Below are positions 27,389-39,428 of a stretch of 64,000 bases of DNA, one piece after another. The notes below the pieces were generated by a model. The model made no database searches and was not told the DNA's origin. It was given only the letters and a program-made list of their open reading frames with translations. Source of the DNA: Nemertoderma westbladi (Eukaryota; Animalia; Xenacoelomorpha); contig JAUCBJ010007442.1 of NCBI GenBank assembly GCA_032718475.1, positions 1-64,000 of the forward strand, given 5' to 3'. The translations under genes were made by a program, and so were the position numbers. How positions within the stretch are numbered: the stretch's first letter is position 1; every line of letters begins with the position of its first letter.

Positions 27389-29756
27389 ACGTACATACAG
27401 TGTATGTACGTACAAGCTGTATCACTATTAGTTAGTTATGTAATAGTTATCTACAGTGTATGTACGTACATGTAATAGTTACCTACAGTGTATGTACGTA
27501 CATGTAATAGTTATCTACAGTGTAGTATGTACGTACATGTAATAGTTATCTACCGTGTATGTACGTACATGTAATAGTTATCTACAGTGTATGTACGCAC
27601 ATGCTGTAGCAATATAAGTTAGTTATGTAATAGTTACCTACAGTGTATGTACGTACATGTAATAGTTATCTACAGTGTAGTATGTAAGTACATGTAATAG
27701 TTATCTACAGTGTATGTACGTACAAGCTGTAGCACTATAAGTTAGTTATGTAATTGTTACCTACAGTGTATGTACGTACATGTAATAGTTATCTACAGTG
27801 TATGTACGTACATGTAATAGTTATCTACAGTGTATGTACGTACATGTAATAGTTATCTACAGTGTATGTACGTACATGTAATAGTTATCTACAGTGTATG
27901 TACGTACATGTAATAGTTATCTACAGTGTATGTACGTACATGCAGTATCACTATTAGTTAGTTATGTAATAGTTACCTACAGTGTATGTACGTACATGTA
28001 ATAGTTATCTACAGTGTATGTACGTACATGTAATAGTTATCTACAGTGTATGTACGTACATGCAGTATCACTATTAGTTAGTTATGTAATAGTTATCTAC
28101 AGTGTATGTACGTACATGTAATAGTTACCTACAGTGTATGTACGTACATGCAGTATCACTATTAGTTAGTTATGTAATAGTTACCTACAGTGTATGTACG
28201 TACATGTAATAGTTATCTACAGTGTATGTACGTACATGCAGTATCACTATTAGTTAGTTATGTAATAGTTGCCTACAGTGTATGTACGTACATGTAATAG
28301 TTATCTACAGTGTATGTACGTACATGCAGTATCACTATTAGTTAGTTATGTAATAGTTACCTACAGTGTATGTACGTACATGTAATAGTTATCTACAGTG
28401 TATGTACGTACATGCAGTATCACTATTAGTTAGTTATGTAATAGTTATCTACAGTGTATGTACGTACATGTAATAGTTACCTACAGTGTATTTACGTACA
28501 TGTAATAGTTATCTACAGTGTATGTACGTACATGCAGTATCACTATTAGTTAGTTATGTAATAAACACCTACAGTGTATGTACGTACATGCAGTATCACT
28601 ATTAGTTAGTTATGTAATAAACACCTACAGTGTATGTACGTACATGTAATAGTTATCTACAGTGTATGTACGACATGTAATAGTTATCTACAGTGTAGTA
28701 TGTACGTACAAGCTGTAGCACTATAAGTTAGTAATTTAATAGTTACCTACAGTGTATGTACGTACATGTAATAGTTACCTACAGTGTATGTACGTACATG
28801 TAATAGTTACCTACAGTGTATGTACGTACATGTAATAGTTATCTACAGTGGATGTACGTACAAGCTGTATCACTATTAGTTAGTTATGTAATAGTTATCT
28901 ACAGTGTATGTACGTACATGTAATAGTTATCTACTGTGTATGTACGCACATGCTGTAGCACTATAAGTTAGTTATGTAATAGTTACCTACAGTGTATGTA
29001 CGTACAAGCTGTAGCACTATAAGTTAGTTATGTAATAGTTACCTACAGTGTATGTACGTACAAGCTGTAGCACTATAAGTTGGTTATGTAATAGTTACCT
29101 ACAGTGTATGTACGTACATGTAATAGTTATCTACAGTGTAGTATGTACGTACATGTAATAGTTATCTACAGTGTATGTACGTACATGTAATAGTTATCTA
29201 CAGTGTAGTATGTACGTACATGTAATAGTTATCTACAGTGTATGTACGTACATGTAATAGTTATCTACAGTGTATGTACGTACAAGCTGTAGCACTATAA
29301 GTTAGTTATGTAATAGTTACCTACAGTGTATGTACGTACATGTAATAGTTATCTACAGTGTATGTACGTACATGTAATAGTTATCTACAGTGTAGTATGT
29401 ACGTACAAGCTGTAGCACTATAAGTTAGTAATTTAATAGTTACCTACAGTGTATGTACGTACATGTAATAGTTACCTACAGTGTATGTACGTACATGTAA
29501 TAGTTACCTACAGTGTATGTACGTACATGTAATAGTTATCTACAGTGGATGTACGTACAAGCTGTAGCAATATAAGTTAGTTATGTAATAGTTACCTACA
29601 GTGTATGTACGTACAAGCTGTAGCACTATAAGTTAGTTATGTAATAGTTACCTACAGTGTATGTACGTACATGTAATAGTTATCTACAGTGTAGTATGTA
29701 CGTACATGTAATAGTTATCTACAGTGTATGTAGGTACATGTAATAGTTATCTACAG

Positions 29757-32471
29757 ATTAGATTATCGCGCAAACGCGCGCAGCACCAGTCTAGCTGGCA
29801 TTTATTCAAACAGTAAAAACTTAAAAATCATCAAAACATTAAAACCGCATTGAAAGTGAAGGTTAAAATGTACAGTAATAAAATGGTAGGTAAGTTACCG
29901 TTAAATGGGGTTACACAGCACGGCATTCTAAATGCACCCAAAACCAAAAAGCATCACGTCTTTTCCCTACCCTAATTGTGAAATGACATTAAAACCACAA
30001 ATATCAGGATATATAATAGACCTCGTGTACTAAAATCCTGCTAGGTTTAAAATTAAACAATTGAATCAAGCAAAATCAAACATAACACGATCAAAATCGA
30101 GAAATCTGCACTGGGTACTGGGTAGACTCCTACTAGATTTACATTTAGAAACCCGAGAAATCTGCACTGGGTACTGGGTGGGTAGTCTCCTACCGCTAAA
30201 ATGCACGACATACTGTATGGAACCCAAGATCGCGAAAATACAGAGGGTAAATCTCCTTAGATCTAGAAACTGCACAAGTACAGGGTGATCTACTTGGTTT
30301 ACATAACAAAATAGGCTACTAAGTGCACGACATAATGCAACTTAAAATGGAAAATTAACAGGCTATCATATCTCATAATTCAAATATTCTGAAATATTCT
30401 TTTATGTGCTTATGCTTTGAACGAAAAGATACACCTGGTATTGAAAAAGTGTTTGAAATAAAATTAGCTGACATTTGAGAAACTGCTGAGACTTCTGGGG
30501 GAGATAGTCGTTCCTTAAGCGATTTATGGCAGTACTGATAGTTGCACAGCGATTTAATCGAGGGAAGACTATGCTCTTGTATGGCATATCTTAACGTGCC
30601 CCCTAAGCCTTGATACGTCCCTGGATTTCCCAACGCGTTATTTTGAACACCCAACCTAAAAATCACTTGTAGATTGTAATTGGGAGTAGATAGACCTCGC
30701 AGTAGGGTCCCAAGACACGATCTATAGGCTCCCACAGATAAACTATCTGTTCCAAACAGATGGTTTAGTGTTTCATTCGACACATACGGCCCCAAGTGAA
30801 GCAAACCTCTCAGCTTCTGGCGATAATATGCATCTAACTTGGCTTTCTCAAATTTCTTCAGAGCACCAATCGAGTATTTGTGTCGGTATAAGAACGAGGA
30901 TAAAGCAATTGATCTCCATAAAAGTGCCACTTTTTCCACTGGATAGTGTTTGGTAGTCCAACCTTGCTTGTGGAATCGATCAGCCAATATTGCCAGAGCC
31001 TGGATTGTATTAGCCAACACATTTACATTATTTTGCCAAGACCTTTGGATATTAACACCAAGGAAAGTTATCGACTGTGACATATCATGGTGTCGACCAT
31101 TTAAAAACAGAGTTGGAGGCGGTTTATTCTCCGCTGTATTCCAAGGAGATAGATATATCCAATTTATCTTCGAGTCTTCCAACCGCAGCCCTAGTTTGGT
31201 TATGTGTGTTTCTATACGAGTTGCCAACTTCTCCATATCCCGTGGACAACTTGCCATCAGAAGGATGTCATCAGCATATCCAAGAGCACTAAACAACTCA
31301 TTATATATTCGGCAACCAATCTTACTTTGACCATTGCATGAATAAATATTTGTAAACATCCCATTTGTGTAATAGTTAAACAGGGCTGGAGATAGAATGG
31401 ACCCTTGTTTTATTCCATTAAGCATAGTGAAACCATTTTCCGATACAAGGCCATTTATGTTAATGAAAAGACGACTAAGCTGATAATAAACAACCAGAAT
31501 TCTACAGATGTACGGATTGATGACATCGGACATCCTCTGAAACAATTTAATCTGGTCGACTCCGTCATATGCCGCCGAGATATCCAGCTGACAAACGTAT
31601 ACTCCAGATCCATGCCTGCGATAATGTTCTATACACTCAAGTACAGCACTGAGAATTACATCACTGCCAATTCCCGATTGATAAGCCAACTGCTGAGGAC
31701 TGGGTTCCAGAAAAAGATACTCCCTAAGTAATACTCCTTCGAGTACCTTGCCAAATATGCTGATAGATGATATTGGACGATATGACGATGGTGCACAAAC
31801 ATCCTTTTTCTTCCCTTTGTAGATACAGGTGACTACAGTCTCCCCAAAGAAATCAGGCAGGCATCCTAGAGATATGGACTCATTTAATAACTTTGTTACG
31901 TGGTAGCACACAACTTCTTTCTCCGAATATAAAAGGTGCTCTACAGTCATCATCTGCTTGTCTGGGGACTTATTTCTGTTGAGAAGTAAGATTGTCCGTT
32001 CAACCAACTTTTCAGAAATGACTGGTGCCTCAGTTTGACTACAAGCTGAACTTAGCTTCTCAAGTAAACTATTTATATTTTTCGGTTGAGAACTGTCCTT
32101 TTGTAGCTGATTACATAAATAGTCGGTGAGAGGACCTCTCATGGATTCAGCCGTGGTATCTTTCCGTTTATTATTTACAAAATTCCAAAATCCACTTGGG
32201 TTGTGTCTGTAACTGCCAATTAAATGATCAATGCGCTTGGATAAGTGTTGCTTGGTGAGCCAGTTTTTAAGGTGCCTCGTTGCACGCTTGGAATCTTGAA
32301 ACATCTGTCCAAAAGTGTCACCCGAATCCTTACCCCTTTCACACCAAATATTATATAACTTTTTAGATGTTTGGCATCTTTCCAGTAATTTTTTATTTCG
32401 CACCCTGATATTGTTCGACTTCTTTTTGTGCTGTTTCTTGGGTATATATTCATAGGCAGTATCATGTATAC
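29757..32471 (-). mobile_element. 5'-truncated non-LTR retrotransposon, copy 2 (duplicate of copy 1)
   Basis: Same junctions and identical translation, offset exactly 5083 bp. Confidence 0.9.
30373..32471 (-). CDS. Non-LTR reverse transcriptase ORF, copy 2
   Basis: Translation identical to the 25290-27425 ORF. Confidence 0.88.
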
Positions 32472-35400
32472 ACGTACATACAGTGTATGTACGTACAAGC
32501 TGTATCACTATTAGTTAGTTATGTAATAGTTATCTACAGTGTATGTACGTACATGTAATAGTTATCTACAGTGTATGTACGCACATGCTGTAGCAATATA
32601 AGTTAGTTATGTAATAGTTACCTACAGTGTATGTACGTACATGTAATAGTTATCTACAGTGTAGTATGTAAGTACATGTAATAGTTATCTACAGTGTATG
32701 TACGTACAAGCTGTAGCACTATAAGTTAGTTATGTAATTGTTACCTACAGTGTATGTACGTACATGTAATAGTTATCTACAGTGTATGTACGTACATGTA
32801 ATAGTTATCTACAGTGTATGTACGTACATGTAATAGTTATCTACAGTGTATGTACGTACATGTAATAGTTATCTACCGTGTATGTACGTACATGTAATAG
32901 TTATCTACAGTGTATGTACGTACAAGCTGTATCACTATAAGTTAGTTATGTAATAGTTACCTACAGTGTATGTACGTACATGTAATAGTTATTTACAGTG
33001 TATGTACGTACATGCAATAGTTATCTACAGTGTATGTACGCACATGCTGTAGCAATATAAGTTAGTTATGTAATAGTTACCTACAGTGTATGTACGTACA
33101 TGTAATAGTTACCTACAGTGTATGTACGTACATGTAATAGTTATCTACAGTGTATGTACGTACAAGCTGTAGAACTATAAGTTAGTTATGTAATAGTTAC
33201 CTACAGTGTATGTACGTACATGTAATAGTTACCTACAGTGTATGTACGTACATGTAATAGTTATCTACAGTGTGTGTACGTACATGTAATAGTTATCTAC
33301 AGTGTATGTACGTACATGTAATAGTTATCTACAGTGTATGTACGTACATGTAATAGTTATCTACAGTGTATGTACGTACATGCTGTAGCACTATTAGTTA
33401 GTTATGTAATAGTTACCTACAGTGTATGTACGTACATGTAATAGTTATCTACAGTGTATGTACATACATGTAATATTTACCTACAGTGTATGTACGTACA
33501 TGTTGTAGCACTATAAGTTAGTTATGTAATAGTTACCTACAGTGTATGTACGTACAAGCTGTAGCACTATAAGTTAGTTATGTAATAGTTACCTACAGTG
33601 TATGTACGTACAAGCTGTAGCACTATAAGTTAGTTATGTAATAGTTACCTACAGTGTATGTACGTACATGTAATAGTTACCTACAGTGTATGTACGTACA
33701 TGTAATAGTTACCTACAGTGTAGTATGTACGTACAAGCTGTAGCACTATAAGTTAGTTATGTAATAGTTACCTACAGTGTATGTACGTACATGTAATAGT
33801 TATCTACAGTGTATGTACGTACATGTAATAGTTACCTACAGTGTAGTATGTACGTACAAGCTGTAGCACTATAAGTTAGTTATGTAATAGTTACCTACAG
33901 TGTATGTACGTACATGTAATAGTTATCTACAGTGTATGTACGTACATGTAATAGTTACCTACAGTGTAGTATGTACGTACAAGCTGTAGCACTATAAGTT
34001 AGTTATGTAATAGTTACCTACAGTGTATGTACGTACATGTAATAGTTATCTAGAGTGTATGTACGTACATGTAATAGTTATCTACAGTGTATGTACGTAC
34101 AATCTGTAGCACTATAAGTTAGTTATGTAATAGTTACCTACAGTGTATGTACGTACATGTAATAGTTACCTACAGTGTATGTACGTACATGTAATAGTTA
34201 CCTACAGTGTAGTATGTACGTACAAGCTGTAGCACTATAAGTTAGTTATGTAATAGTTACCTACAGTGTATGTACGTACATGTAATAGTTATCTACAGTG
34301 TATGTACGTACATGTAATAGTTATCTACAGTGTATGTACGTACATGTAATAGTTACCTACAGTGTAGTATGTACGTACAAGCTGTAGCATTATAAGTTAG
34401 TTATGTAATAGTTACCTACAGTTTATGTACGTACATGTAATAGTTATCTACAGTGTATGTACGTACAAGCTGTAGCACTATAAGTTAATTATGTAATAGT
34501 TACCTACAGTGTATGTACGTGTACATGTAATAGTTATCTACAACAGTGTATGTATTTACGTACATGCTGTGGCAATTTAAATGGGGATTTTCTGTGTTTT
34601 GTTTAGGGTATGCAAAGGCCCCATGTGTCTCTTAGTGTAAAAGAAAGCGATGTATTTAAAAAAAAATGTTAAAAACAGACAAGTCATCTGGGCGAGACAG
34701 TTTATACCCTCGGTATAAGCGCCATATCAAGGGAAATGATCTATCAGGTGATGTAGGTCAAAGCAAAATTCCTATTTAAAACAAAATGTTTGAATTTCGC
34801 AGAGAAATAACGGGAATAAACTGTTTTTACTTCTCTAAAATTATCTAAACAGCTATAATATATTATTTTACCCTATTTAAAATTCACGGTGGATGTATAA
34901 AATCAGGTATGCAATATATTTGTAATATAATAATAATTAACACATTCTCAACACTTTCTTCAAGTCAATATTACTGAAAACTAACGCAATTTCTGGGAAA
35001 AGAATTGTATATATACAAGAAAGGTCAATGATCATGTGATGCACCGGCGGTATGACTATTAGGACCTATACTGTTATGATACGTTATCAGAAAAACGTAT
35101 CATAAAGTGACGGATTCTTCATAAGACTTATCATATATATCTTATTTAAAATCATTATGTTCTTACCCCTCAGACTAAACAAAATTATACTGTTCTGTAT
35201 ATCTGCTATATAGCTGTCTAGTATCTGATATCTGTCTCAATAATTTCATAAACTACCTCCTGTGCATGCAATTTAATTGTTCCCTGAGAGACACAAACTT
35301 AGTTAAGTTTCATAAACGTAGAAACACACATTTAAAACCGAGATTAGTGAAATATCGACTAACAAAATGCACAACATAACCCTCAAAACTCTAGCATTCA

Positions 35401-35527
35401 TGCCCGTCTTTGCTGGCGTACTAATGAGCTTAGAGCGATCTTTGAAAACTCTGTAGACAACATTTTTTGGTTTCTTCAGCCTCAGCGTCATCGATAACGA
35501 TGTATAAATTTGATGGATCGTTAGAAT

Positions 35528-35800
35528 GATAGATTTATTTATACATTATGTAAAAACAATAACAAATACACCAAACAATGTACCGGTATAAAGGTATTGT
35601 CCAACATAACATATAGGATTACCCCTAAAGCTTTGCAGCTTATTTCCAAGGGGGTCCTTTATGCTACTTGGTTACAAATACAATATTACACAATTACACT
35701 ATGCTAACCTAAAATCAATGTAAAATATAAACTTAACGTACAACGAGACAATACTCAGACTCAACAATATAGATGTAACTAACTATGTACAGTACATTGA
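35528..35800 (-). mobile_element. Probable LINE (CR1/L2-like) 3'-UTR remnant
   Basis: The minus strand ends AATAAATCTATC. The terminal ~70 bp recur at ~56046-56120 with a longer (CTAT)n tail. Right boundary uncertain. Confidence 0.55.
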
Positions 35801-35808
35801 TTACAATT

Positions 35809-36173
35809 GTAGGGCTGAGCATAAAAAGGTCCTGTGATAAAAGTGTCATTCTGAGATAATCACACTTTTGCGTTTTTTTTTTACCTCCACATTACAGTTG
35901 ATGTTAGCAATCTGTATTTTTGCATGCAAGTATATAGATGTACTTCAAAATCTTTACTTTCAAAAAAATTTAAAAATTTTCAAAATTGTTTTGCATATAT
36001 CAGGCAGTATTGTACATAAGACCTTTTTTGTTTATGCAGTATTATTGCAGTATTGTTCATATGATCCGAGAACCTTGTTGGTAAGATAAGTTAGGTCGCA
36101 TAGGACCTCTGTTTGAGTATAACTCTGATTCTAAGAAAAATGTCACATAAGACCTTTTTATGCTCTGCCCTTC
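35809..36173. mobile_element. 365-bp MITE with TIRs and AATT TSD (Sola-like by TSD and terminus)
   Basis: Left AATT|GTAGGGCTGAGCATAAAAAGGTC; right GACCTTTTTATGCTCTGCCCTTC|AATT (21/23 inverted match). Confidence 0.8.
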
Positions 36174-37380
36174 AATTTATAAAACGTAATTACACTATAC
36201 AACTTTACGGAGAGCGTGGCAATGCCCGACACAACGATAAAGATGTAACTATGCTTATCTATGCTTATCTATGTAACTATGTATGATTTGTGTCTACTGT
36301 TAAGGGGGGGGGGGTAGCATCCTTTTGGACTTGCTCCACGGTTTTGCTTATAGCAAGGACAATTTTGATTTCTAGACCACATTATTTGGTCCAAGGCTCC
36401 TACAGATGTTGCTCTTCATGTTTCTGGAAAAAAATTTATTTTTAATTAAAATGATTAAATTTTTAATCGAATTATTTACATTTTTAATTAAAATTAATTG
36501 AAACCCTAATGCTTTAGATCTACTTTCCATGGGAATGTAAGATTTGGTAATAATGCTTTCAATAAGGTATAAATTGAAAGCTTTCAGCTCTGATTTTGAA
36601 AATTTCCAAAAATGGCCACTAGGTGGCGCTACAAATTTGCACATCAGTTGAACCGATCTTTTATTGGGAAAAACAAGATTGTTTTCAAATAATTTGAAAA
36701 TTCTGACCTGGAAGTTTTGTCGAGAAGTGCGCTGCTGACATCATATCCAAAATTCAGATCAATAGCTTCAAAAATGACAGACTAGTAGGGTTTTGAAGAG
36801 AAAAAAAACCATTCTGAGATAAATGCCTTCAAAGTTCAAATGAAGAGATTTTTCAATATATTTTCGAAAGAATCACTTCTTTCGAAATGATTTCAACAGA
36901 ATTTCCAACAAAAATATGCACAGGGGGGTTTTCGACACCGGGGAATAACATGGCCAGGTTATTTTTTCAATCCGATGTCCGTGTGTCCGTCTGTCCATCT
37001 GTCTGTCTCACTGACTGTGACCAGTAGCATTGCAATTTAGCATGAATTCAGCTAAAAATATGAATAGATTTTCAGTAATGGAGAGAAGCATGGCAGGTTG
37101 TTTTTTAAATCCGTGGGTTAGTTATGTGGATCTGCTCTAGTCTTTTTGTCATTACAGACAGACAGACAGTCTGTCTGTCTGTCTGTCTGATATTTTGATC
37201 AATTATGATACACAGCTTGGCTGAATACAGTATAAAACAAAATAGCAAATAAACCATCTATTTGGCAATCACAGTTTTATTCATTCTGAAAAATACTGTA
37301 TAATGTATAGGCCTCTAATCCTAAGCCAAATATATAAACCCAAACACGATTTCATAGTCTTGAGGAACCTACTAGTGTTC

Positions 37381-39428
37381 TTACATAGCATCCCCGAAGC
37401 CACCTGGGATATATGCTTGGTCATCACCGGCTAGTAGACCAGCCTTCTTAGACTTGCTACCTTTCCTGGAGTATTTGGCACGTTTCAACTTTCGAATCGA
37501 GCCAGCGATCCTTCTACTGTCACTCCTCTGAGCCAACACCGTGGCTGCCGATGTTTTTTCGATAGTCTGTTTGGACAACTTGTCGAGGACAAGGTTCCTA
37601 GCTGTAGCACCCTCATTGAAGGCAAGGACTCCAGCTGCAACTGCTAAAGATATGCGCTGTCTACCCCAAAACTTATGTTTGGGAGCTCTTGCCCAGATGA
37701 GGCTATTGAAGGATTCACTAACGTTCTGCGTATATCCGGGAACACACCGCCTGAGCAGGTTAATATCTGATAACCGTCTATACACAGGCAACAAAAGAGA
37801 TAAGAATATTGGGTCCAAGTGGTAGTCTTTGTCTATGTGTTTCCCATCCTTTTTGTATGAACACCAGTTATTATCTGGGCAGAATTTATGGACATCTTCA
37901 TCAGTTCCATGGCGTATCCCATGCCTAAACGATGCTAGAAAGAATGTTTCTCTTCATTGTCTGGACACACGCCGAAATTTCCACCTGGGTTCTAGCTGAC
38001 CTGTCGATGGACGATCTAATGGCGTTGCCATAGTAACGGCTCAGTCTTTCTATAGTTGATAGAGTCAGTCTATGCTTCGCACCACCAATAAACTTTCCAT
38101 CTGCGAGTTTGCCCTTGTGTGAGTCCTTCAAATCGCGTAGAGCCTTTCCAAGTCTCTTCTTGACGTGGTTTACGCAGTCAATCTTGTTTACGCGTTTAAA
38201 CTGGACATCCCCAGTGTCATGCTTCGCCCAGATCGCCTTACCCGTGTCAGATTCATTGAAGAGAAGTTTCTCCTTATTTGATTTCTTGCTGTAAGTTTCG
38301 CAATCGTTACAAGATCCGTATATATCAGCAACGGCATTGTATGCCGTTGAATCTCCATCACAGACTACAGATGTATAACTGAGTCCATGACTATCAGAGT
38401 CCTTTCCATCAACAGACTTCTGAAATAGTTCTATGGCTATGTCTGCTTCCATAGACCCGCTACTGCTTGAGTATCTGCCTGGACATTGCGGTATATGGTT
38501 TTCCATAAATGAAATATATGACTCTGAGTCTTTAGGATATGGGGCAAATTCACAAGCATTGCAAATTTTATTTCTCATTGCGTAGTCTAGAATTTTTCCA
38601 GTTGCCATCCCAATGACTGCTCCCACCCCACTGTTTGAGGTATGCCCACGGGTACCCCATGTGCCATCGAAAGAGACAGTGACCTAAAACAATATAATTA
38701 GTGAAAGTGAAATTTATTCTCAACAATAACAATAATAGTAACAACAATTCACAACTACACATACCGGTAGCTCGGCAATAAAAATATTCAAAGTATTATT
38801 TAGTACGATAAAAGTAGTGTGTAGTATTTATTCAGTATATAAATAGGAGTATTTAGTGAAGTATATAGAACAGTACATGAGTATTTATGTGATGTTGTAT
38901 TTATTTATTTATATATAACTTACGATATTACTACCGGTACATACATTATATATTCATACTAGCTGATTAATACCCGTAGGCGTAGAGCCTAGGACAGTGT
39001 GCGTGTATGCAAAGATAAACAAACAAACACACACACAGACAACGACGACTTGCCACACAGCCTATACCACTCAGAGTACTCAATTATATATTCTGTTGAA
39101 TTTTTAGCCCAATCTGACAGGGGGAAAATAGATCGCTGATGTGTAGATGGACAAACACACATACACACACATTTTTAACCACCCTATGGTACCCCATGTC
39201 CGACAAATGGACAGAGACAGACATTGGCGGCTGAACCGAGAATTATAGATCTACCGGTATACAATATATTATTATCCTACATACAGTACAGTACTTACAT
39301 CTGAACCAACTTTGAGCTTCAACGCCTTTCGCGCTTCACTCATCTTCTCCTCTGCCAGATTAGACACAACTGCGTTGATCTTATTGATGTTGAATGTCCA
39401 TGTTGAATTTGCTAATGTGCACGGCATT
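37381..39428 (-). pseudogene. Kolobok / Mutator-like-domain DDE transposase pseudogene (exons 39428-39299 and 38683-37381)
   Basis: The spliced frame reads ...EEKMSEARKALKLKVGSD|VTVSFDGTWGTRGH...SMEAD...CDGDS...DCVNHVKKR...HKFCP..WCSY...TQNVSESFNSLIW. Phase-0 GT-AG intron at 39298-38684. A 4-bp AGAA duplication at 37937-37944 shifts the frame. Confidence 0.88.
38959..39249 (-). mobile_element. Non-autonomous Helitron-like element inside the transposase intron
   Basis: Minus strand A|TC...CTAG|T; subterminal hairpin TAGGC-GTAGA-GCCTA ~15 nt from CTAG; internal (CA)n tracts. Confidence 0.62.

Larger units (their letters stand above)
16437..34572. repeat. Composite palindromic satellite (32-bp and 56-bp units) interrupted by four retroelement-derived inserts
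   Basis: 32-bp unit GTAATAGTTAYCTACAGTGTATGTACGTACAT, with an optional 24-bp extension GCTGTAGCACTATAAGTTAGTTAT or GCAGTATCACTATTAGTTAGTTAT. Satellite blocks at about 16437-16644, 19341-24673, 27389-29756 and 32472-34572. Confidence 0.98.
36304..39428 (-). mobile_element. Kolobok-type DNA transposon, 3' part only (cut by the LTR element)
   Basis: TTAA (36300-36303) followed by a GG terminus; transposase exons inside; the 5' part and second terminus are absent from the window. Confidence 0.72.

Noticed and set aside
27389-27425. Predicted N-terminus MIQLVRTYTVCT of the RT ORF
   Set aside because: It begins at a GTG within satellite and junction sequence; not a credible eukaryotic start.
25290-27425. 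Telomerase, retron, DGR or group II intron RT
   Set aside because: The motifs (YRPIS, QGSILSP.LF, YADD, FLGV) and the 3' tail are of non-LTR retrotransposon type; no template/variable repeat pair seen.
16954-32508. EN-only and RT-only ORFs as two exons or halves of a single gene
   Set aside because: On the minus strand the RT lies upstream of the EN (wrong order). Each has its own distinct 3' tail, (TAG)n versus (TAATC)n, and they appear to be different lineages.
37154-37190. (GACA)n/(TGTC)n inverted microsatellite as a terminator or RNA gene
   Set aside because: Simple-repeat palindrome in transposon non-coding DNA; no supporting features.
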